Source: Kiritimatiellia bacterium (GTDB lineage: Bacteria; Verrucomicrobiota; Kiritimatiellia; RFP12; JBMNHG01). From it: 64,000 bases of DNA. Below the pieces are notes generated by a model that saw nothing but the letters and a program-made list of their open reading frames with translations, was not told the origin of the DNA and did no database searches. The position numbers and the translations under genes are program-made. The DNA is taken from the NCBI GenBank assembly GCA_050950285.1, contig JBMNHG010000002.1:760654-824653 (forward strand). The letters are read 5' to 3'. Below are positions 57,919-64,000 of the stretch, piece by piece (positions within the stretch are counted from its first letter, which is position 1; each line of letters begins with the position of its first letter).

Positions 57919-58208
57919 AGGAAACCCCGTGTCTCGCGAAGAAAGGCGGCGGGAGAGTGCGCCCACAGGAGGCCCATGGCTTTTGCTTGCGAAGCCGGGG
58001 GAGCGGATGATATGGTGGATCGGCTGTTTTCCATGTACTGCCCTTGACCTGCCTTTTCACACCCCATCGATCGTGCCGGCGTGGATGAACAAGAAACCTT
58101 TTCGTTCCGGAATCTTCCGGCGGGACGGGGAAGCGCCCCGGACGGTTGTCGCCGGCGAAGGTGCGATGCCAATGCCGAGGGCGGGCGAAACATAGACTGG
58201 ACGATTCC

Positions 58209-59195
58209 ATGGCCGACACCAAGAAACCCATTCCATTCGGGCGCAAGGTCCTCTATGGCGCCGAGTATGTGCTGTGCGCGTCGGCCCTGGCCGTGTTCCG
58301 CGTCCTTCCCGTCGCCGTGGCGAGCCGCATTGCGGGGGGAGCCGGGAACCTGGCCTTCCGGGTGCTCTCCCGCCGCCGCGCCCTGGCCGTGGGGAACATC
58401 CTCTCCGCCGGCATCGCGGACTCCCCGCGCGAGGCCCGCAGGATCGCCCGGGCCTCGTTCCGCAACTTCGCCCACACGATCGTGGGGACGTTCCTGCTCG
58501 CCGGGATCAAGCACAAGAGCCTCAAAGAGCACTTCGACATCGAAATCCCGCCCGCCACACAGGAGCTTTTCCGCGACGGGAAGCGCGGCGTCATCCTCGT
58601 CAGCGGGCACATCGGCAACTGGGAGGCCGCAGCCATCGTCACCTCGTTTTTCAAGCCGCTCACCGTCATCCAGCGCCCGATGAACAACCCGTACATCCAG
58701 CGTCTCCTCGTAAGCAAGCGGCTGCGCAGCGCCTTCGCGACCATGGACAAACACGTGGCGAACCCCCACCGCCTGGTGACCGTCCTCCGTTCCGGCGGCG
58801 TCCTCGCCATCCTTCCGGACCAGCACGCCACCAGCGGCAACATCTGGATCGACTTCTTCGGGCGGCCGGCGTCGACGTACGTGACCCCCGCCGTACTCCA
58901 TCTGCTCACCCGGGCGCCGATCGTGATGTGCGTCTGCTTGAACACGCCCCGCCCCCTCCACTATGCGTACACGCTCTCGGAACCCATGGTCTTCGAACGC
59001 ACGAAAGACCGCGCGGCGGACACCGAAGCCATCACCCGCATCCTCTCCCGGAAGCTGGAGGAGATCATCCGCGCCAACCCCGAACAGTACCTCTGGGCCC
59101 ACAGGCGCTGGCGCACCCCGCCCGCCGAAGCGGACGAAACCCCCAAGAGCCCGAAGAAACCGAATCCTTCCAAGACCGAGGAATCCCATGTCTGA
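58209..59195 (+). CDS. lipid A biosynthesis lauroyl/myristoyl acyltransferase (LpxL/HtrB family)
   Basis: VSGHIGNWE HX4D-type acyltransferase motif in LpxL-like context, 328 aa. Confidence 0.7.
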   Translation: MADTKKPIPFGRKVLYGAEYVLCASALAVFRVLPVAVASRIAGGAGNLAFRVLSRRRALAVGNILSAGIADSPREARRIARASFRNFAHTIVGTFLLAGIKHKSLKEHFDIEIPPATQELFRDGKRGVILVSGHIGNWEAAAIVTSFFKPLTVIQRPMNNPYIQRLLVSKRLRSAFATMDKHVANPHRLVTVLRSGGVLAILPDQHATSGNIWIDFFGRPASTYVTPAVLHLLTRAPIVMCVCLNTPRPLHYAYTLSEPMVFERTKDRAADTEAITRILSRKLEEIIRANPEQYLWAHRRWRTPPAEADETPKSPKKPNPSKTEESHV

Positions 59196-59943
59196 CGCGG
59201 ACGATTTCCAGAACGGCGACGACATCCTCCGCAAGGTGGCGGAGGCCCGGGCGCGCATCGGCTCCGCCTGCGCCAAGGCACGCCGCTCGCCGGACGAGGT
59301 CGAGATTGTCGCCATCACCAAGACCCACGGCCCCGACGTGGTGCGCGACGCCTGGAACGCCGGGCTTCGCCGCTTCGGCGAGAATCGCGTGCAAGAGGCG
59401 GCCTGGAAGATTCCCGAGGCCCCCCCCGGCCCCGAATGGCACTTCGTCGGCCATCTCCAGCGCAACAAGGTCCCGCATGCGCTGGCCCTGTTCCCCGTGA
59501 TCGAAGCGGTCGATTCCGAACGCCTCCTCGACGCCATTGTCCATGCCGCCAAACTCTCCGGGAACCGCCCCGAAATCCTCTTCGAGGTGAACATCTCCGG
59601 CGAAGCGAGCAAGTTCGGCCTCCGCCCCGAGGCCGTGGACCCGCTTCTGGAGAAGGCGCTCGGAACCCCCGAAGTGACCGTGGCCGGGCTGATGACGATG
59701 GCGCCTTTCCAGCCCGACCCGGAAAAGACGCGTCCCGTTTTCGCGGGGTTGCGCGAGTTGCGCGATCGTCTGGAGCGCGATTTCGGGATCGGTCTTCCCC
59801 GTCTCTCGATGGGCATGAGCAACGATTTCGAAGTCGCCGTGGAAGAAGGCGCCACCTGGGTGCGGCTCGGCACCTGCCTGTTCGGGCAGCGCCCCAAGTG
59901 GAAGCCCGTCTTCGAGAACTCCTTCGATGACGAGAACGGCTGA
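59188..59943 (+). CDS. yggS: YggS-family pyridoxal-phosphate homeostasis protein
   Basis: VAITKTHGPD...FGENRVQE...HFVGHLQRNK motifs; ATG overlaps upstream stop (ATGTCTGA). Confidence 0.8.
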   Translation: MSDADDFQNGDDILRKVAEARARIGSACAKARRSPDEVEIVAITKTHGPDVVRDAWNAGLRRFGENRVQEAAWKIPEAPPGPEWHFVGHLQRNKVPHALALFPVIEAVDSERLLDAIVHAAKLSGNRPEILFEVNISGEASKFGLRPEAVDPLLEKALGTPEVTVAGLMTMAPFQPDPEKTRPVFAGLRELRDRLERDFGIGLPRLSMGMSNDFEVAVEEGATWVRLGTCLFGQRPKWKPVFENSFDDENG

Positions 59944-59965
59944 TCCCGTGAAGGATCCGCGCACC

Positions 59966-60562
59966 ATGGCGTCCCGTTTCGATTGCGTAGCGAATCCAGG
60001 CCCCTCCCGCGATGCGGCGGCGGACGTCCTGCTCTCCGGCGGCGTCGCGCTGGTTCCCACGGACACGGTCTACGGGCTCGCGGCCCATCCGGACCACCCC
60101 GACGCCGTCGCCCGCCTCGCCGGCATGAAGCGGCGCGATCCGGGGAAGCCGATCGCCCTGCTCGCCAGCGGCATCGCCGCCGTGGAGGCGCGGACGGGCG
60201 CACCCCTCCCGCCCGCAGCCCGCGCCCTCGCGGCCCGCTTCTGGCCCGGCGCCCTCACGCTGGTGGTGCGTTGCGCGGACGGCGTGGAGGAGGGATTCCG
60301 CGTTCCCGGCCATCCCTTCGTCCTCGACCTGCTCGAAGCCTGCGGAGGGCTCCTGCGCGTGACCAGCGCGAACCGCAGCGGCGAGCCGCCCGCCGTGGAC
60401 GCCCCCGGCGCACTCGAAGGCGCGAAGCTCGTGCCGGACATCGCCATCGATGGCGGACCCTGCGCGGGCGGCGTCGCCAGCTCGGTCGTGCGCGTGAACG
60501 CCGACGGCTCGCTCGACCTTCTCCGCGCCGGCGCCATCCCGGAGGACGATCTCCATGGATAA
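59966..60562 (+). CDS. tsaC: L-threonylcarbamoyladenylate synthase (YrdC/TsaC)
   Basis: VALVPTDTVYGLAA, RVTSANRSGEPP; ~199 aa. Confidence 0.75.
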   Translation: MASRFDCVANPGPSRDAAADVLLSGGVALVPTDTVYGLAAHPDHPDAVARLAGMKRRDPGKPIALLASGIAAVEARTGAPLPPAARALAARFWPGALTLVVRCADGVEEGFRVPGHPFVLDLLEACGGLLRVTSANRSGEPPAVDAPGALEGAKLVPDIAIDGGPCAGGVASSVVRVNADGSLDLLRAGAIPEDDLHG

Positions 60563-61022
60563 GCGGCGCCTTCTCTTCGTCTGCAGCGGGAACACCTGCC
60601 GAAGCCCCATGGCGGAACACCTCCTGCGCGCCGCGCTCCCCGCCGATTGCGGCTGGATCGTGGAGTCCGCCGGGACGATGGCCGTCCCCGGCGAACCCGC
60701 CAACCCCTTCGCCATCGCCGTCCTCTCGGAAGAGGGGATCGACCTCTCCCCCCACCGAAGCCGCATCGCCACCCCCGCGCTCCTCCATGCGATGGACCTC
60801 GTGGTTCCGATGACCCGCTCGCACCGCGAGGAGCTCGCCGCTCTTGCCCCGTCCCTTCCCATCCCGTCTTCCCTTCTCTCCTCCTTCCTCCCCGGACCCC
60901 CCCGCGACGCCGACCTCCCCGATCCCATCGGCGGCCCCCTCGAAACCTATCGCGCCTGCCGGGACGCCATCCGACAGTGCCTCCCCGGATTGATCGGCGC
61001 CCTTCTCCATGGGAGGCGCTGA
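60555..61022 (+). CDS. low-molecular-weight protein-tyrosine phosphatase
   Basis: P-loop LLFVCSGNTCRSPMAE (CX5R), 155 aa; overlaps tsaC by 8 nt. Confidence 0.8.
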   Translation: MDKRRLLFVCSGNTCRSPMAEHLLRAALPADCGWIVESAGTMAVPGEPANPFAIAVLSEEGIDLSPHRSRIATPALLHAMDLVVPMTRSHREELAALAPSLPIPSSLLSSFLPGPPRDADLPDPIGGPLETYRACRDAIRQCLPGLIGALLHGRR

Positions 61023-61042
61023 CCCCCGCCCCCTTCCGCACC

Positions 61043-64000
61043 ATGTCCCTCCCCTTCACCCGGAAACAAATCGCCTCCTGGGGCGGCATGGCCGTTTTCC
61101 AGGAGGCCGACGCACTCGCCAAACGCGGCGGCGTGCTGCGCGTCGACTACTCGCATCCGGAGGTCACCGGCTCCATCGCGCGCCCGGCCGGTCCCATCCG
61201 GACGGGCTTCACGCTCCTCGACGACGGCACCATCGAAAGCCATTGCCCCTGTTACGCGAACCGCGAGCAAGGGCTGGTCTGCTGCCACGTCACGGCGCTC
61301 GCCATCGCCCTCTTCCAGCGCTTCGCCGACCCCGAGCGCGACCGCCGGCAACTCGAGGAGCAGCGCCGCGCCCGGCGCATCGAACGGCAGGCCGCGCAAC
61401 AGGGGCTCCTCCGTTCGGAGCGGGGAACCCCCTGCCGCCTGGACCTGCGCCTTCCCGGAGACTGGAAGACGCAGTTCGCGGCAGGCCGCGTTTGCGTCGA
61501 CGTCCTCCTCCGCTCCACGGGCGGGAACATCGTCGCCACGAATCCGCCCCCTCCGCGCTTCGCCGCCCGGTTCGACGCCGCCGACGAAAACCTCTGCTGC
61601 GTCATCGAGGACATCGCCGAAGGATTCGTCCCGCCGCGACTGCTGGTCGGCCCCGACGACTTCCTGAACCTCCTCGACGTGCGGCGCGGCCGGTGCATCC
61701 CCGTGGAAAACGGCGCGCCGCTGGAAATCCACGACGAGACGGTCCCCTCGCACCTCCAGGTGGACCTCGACCGCGAGAACGGCGAGCTGCTGGTCTTCCT
61801 CCACACCGACCTCCCCTCCCTCCCCGCCGGCGAGTTCCCCGAGTACTTCGTGGCCGGACGGCGCGCCTACGCGCTCGGGTCGGGCCACCTCTGGCCCCTC
61901 CGGCACACGCTGCCGCTTCCCTACCACTCCATCTACCGCGAGCCCGTCGCCCTGCCGCGCCTGTCCGTGCTGTCCTTCTTCCGCCTGGAACTCCCCACGC
62001 TCGAGGCCAGCCTGCCCGTCGCGTGCGAAGTCGGCGAAGACCTCTTCACCTGCATCCCCGGAAAACCGCTCTTCCGCCTGCGCGTGCGCGGCAGCCAGGC
62101 CTCGCTCGCGGCTTCGCTCGACGCCGTCTACGGCGACCGCGTCTTCCCCGCCGGCTCGCCCGTGATCCCCGGCGAGATCGTCCGCCCCGACCCCGACGAC
62201 ATCCTGCGCTTCTTCACGCGGAACGAAGCCGCCGAAGCCGCCGCCGTGGAGCTCGTGTGCCGGTGCGGCTTCCCCGGCCGCCGCGGCGACGACCTCGCCC
62301 ACATCGTCGGCTGCGAGGCCGTGCTCGGATTCCTCGCCAACGGGATGCCCACCCTCCGCCGCCATGGCTGGCAGGTCGAGTTCGAGGGCACCATCGCGCC
62401 GTTCGTCGAAACGGCCCGCATCGTCACCCCCGTGGTCTCCATCCGCGAGGCCGGGCGGCGGGGCTTTTTCGACGCCTCCATCACCTTCGAGGACGGCGCC
62501 GGCGGCAAGCTGCCCGCCCCCGTGGTGCAGCATGCCCTCCAGATGCGCCACTCGCACATCGAGAACGCCGACGGCTCCATCCTGCTCTTCGATCGCGCCG
62601 TCATCGAGGCCGCGCGCTCCGTCTTCGACGATTGCGACACGAGGGAGAGCCCCCTCCCCGGACACTTCCTCGTCTCGTCCATCCACGCCCCGTTCGTGCG
62701 CTCCGCCCTCGGCGCCCTCGACGGCGTCGACATCGAGGAGCCGCCCGACTGGCGCCTCCGCGCCGAACGCCAGAACCGCGACGCCCGCCTCGAACCCGTC
62801 CCCCTCGAAGGCGGCCTCGAGAAGGTCCTGCGCCCCTACCAGAAGGAGGGCGTCTCCTGGCTCCGCTTCCTCGAACGCGGCGGCTTCGGCGGCATCCTCG
62901 CCGACGAAATGGGCCTCGGCAAAACGCTCCAAACCCTCGCCTGGCTCCGCCTCGAACGCGAAGACCCCGATGCCCGCGGCCTGCCTTCCATCGTCGTCTG
63001 CCCCACCAGCCTCGTGGAGAACTGGGCGCGCGAGGCGAAAAAGTTCACCCCCGACCAACGCGTGCTCGTCATCGACGGCCCCAACCGCGAGAAGCTCTGG
63101 GCCTCGGCGGGCGACTACGACCTCGTGCTCGTCTCCTACGGCCTCGTCCGCCGCGACATCGACCTCTGCGACTCCATCCCCTTCGCCGCGGCCGTGCTCG
63201 ACGAAGCCCACAACATCAAGAACCGCGAGACACAAAGCGCCGCGGCCGTGAAACGCCTCCGCGCCTCCGCGAAACTCGTCCTCACCGGCACCCCCATCGA
63301 GAACAGCGTGGCCGACCTCTGGTCGATCATGGACTTCCTCATGCCCGGCTACCTCCAGGACTACCTGAGCTTCCGCGATCGCTTCGAGGTGCCCATCATC
63401 GCGGGCGGCAGCGCAGCCGACGCCGCCCAGGACCGCCTCCGCCGCAAGCTCCATCCCTTCCTTCTCCGCCGCGTCAAGCGCGACGTCGCCAAGGATCTCC
63501 CCGAAAAGATCGTCAACACCTCCTTCTGCACCCTCACGGAGGATCAGCAACGCGTCTACAACCAGGTGCTGCAGAACGCCCGCTCGCGCCTGGGGAGCCT
63601 TGTTGCCGCCAAGGGATTCGACCGCTGCCGCATGGAGATCCTCGCGGTCCTCCTGCGCCTGCGGCAGGTCTGCTGCCACCTCGATCTGCTGCCCGAGGCG
63701 ATGCGCCCGAAGGACGCCGTCGAGCGCTCCGCGAAGCTCGACCAGTTCCTGGAACTCTTCGACGAGGCCGTCGCCGGCGGCCATCGCCTGCTCGTCTTCA
63801 GCCAGTTCACCTCGATGCTCGCCATCCTTCGCCGCACCCTCGAGGAGCGCGGGCAACCCTTCTGCTACCTCGACGGCTCCACGACGAACCGCCTCGACGA
63901 GGTCCAGCGCTACAACCGCGACCCCTCCATCCCCGCCTTCCTCATCTCCCTCAAGGCCGGCGGCGTGGGCCTGAACCTCACCGGCGCGGACATGGTGGTG
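61043..64000 (+). CDS. SNF2-family helicase with N-terminal SWIM zinc finger, 3'-partial
   Basis: Manual translation gives one uninterrupted frame from ATG ~61043 to window end (not in ORF track because no stop). SWIM motif HCPCYANREQGLVCCHVTA; LRPYQKEGVSWLRFL...ILADEMGLGKTLQ; DEAH box VLDEAHNIKN; LTGTPIENS. Start coordinate +/-1. Confidence 0.75.
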   Translation, partial: MSLPFTRKQIASWGGMAVFQEADALAKRGGVLRVDYSHPEVTGSIARPAGPIRTGFTLLDDGTIESHCPCYANREQGLVCCHVTALAIALFQRFADPERDRRQLEEQRRARRIERQAAQQGLLRSERGTPCRLDLRLPGDWKTQFAAGRVCVDVLLRSTGGNIVATNPPPPRFAARFDAADENLCCVIEDIAEGFVPPRLLVGPDDFLNLLDVRRGRCIPVENGAPLEIHDETVPSHLQVDLDRENGELLVFLHTDLPSLPAGEFPEYFVAGRRAYALGSGHLWPLRHTLPLPYHSIYREPVALPRLSVLSFFRLELPTLEASLPVACEVGEDLFTCIPGKPLFRLRVRGSQASLAASLDAVYGDRVFPAGSPVIPGEIVRPDPDDILRFFTRNEAAEAAAVELVCRCGFPGRRGDDLAHIVGCEAVLGFLANGMPTLRRHGWQVEFEGTIAPFVETARIVTPVVSIREAGRRGFFDASITFEDGAGGKLPAPVVQHALQMRHSHIENADGSILLFDRAVIEAARSVFDDCDTRESPLPGHFLVSSIHAPFVRSALGALDGVDIEEPPDWRLRAERQNRDARLEPVPLEGGLEKVLRPYQKEGVSWLRFLERGGFGGILADEMGLGKTLQTLAWLRLEREDPDARGLPSIVVCPTSLVENWAREAKKFTPDQRVLVIDGPNREKLWASAGDYDLVLVSYGLVRRDIDLCDSIPFAAAVLDEAHNIKNRETQSAAAVKRLRASAKLVLTGTPIENSVADLWSIMDFLMPGYLQDYLSFRDRFEVPIIAGGSAADAAQDRLRRKLHPFLLRRVKRDVAKDLPEKIVNTSFCTLTEDQQRVYNQVLQNARSRLGSLVAAKGFDRCRMEILAVLLRLRQVCCHLDLLPEAMRPKDAVERSAKLDQFLELFDEAVAGGHRLLVFSQFTSMLAILRRTLEERGQPFCYLDGSTTNRLDEVQRYNRDPSIPAFLISLKAGGVGLNLTGADMVV

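Overview
High-GC (~65-70%) bacterial chromosome fragment. A chlamydial Pmp-type FxxN/GGA[ILV] repeat protein, giant secreted proteins and the general gene content suggest a PVC-superphylum organism (Verrucomicrobia/Lentisphaerae/Kiritimatiellota-like); this is inference, not proof. About two thirds of the window is ordinary housekeeping and cell-envelope genes: ABC ATPase, tRNA-Ala, YihY, UvrD-like helicase, TamB/AsmA-like, GH29 fucosidase, ogt, gluQ, amidase, gpmI, galU, MATE, waaF-murJ-vWA-lnt cluster, AKR, UroD-like, rsmI, lpxL-family, yggS, tsaC, LMW-PTP, SWIM-SNF2 helicase. The accessory content is (i) a ~2290-aa secreted protein made of three ALK-like poly-glycine domains plus two beta-helix modules (17.8-24.7 kb), and (ii) a ~13 kb locus (40.4-53.7 kb) that looks like a previously undescribed polymorphic-toxin / immunity-cassette system. 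This locus has two tandem, >99% identical copies of a ~3.2 kb toxin-gene core (1266- and 1192-aa products with thrombospondin-type-3-like Ca-binding repeats and a Cys/His-rich module). The two copies switch to completely different, low-GC C-terminal domains exactly after a conserved ...PDLADEATLYVV(R/G)VD junction. Each copy is followed by low-GC genes for small secreted or membrane-anchored proteins (immunity candidates). A third, orphan copy of the junction plus a new C-terminal tail sits at 53.3 kb. Duplicated junction remnants and a 70-bp copy of the 3' end of lnt mark the cassette boundaries. No T6SS, CDI, Rhs/YD, integrase or transposase markers are visible, so the secretion route and toxin activities are unknown. 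Coordinates of internal start codons were derived from the ORF track and may be off by a few bases.
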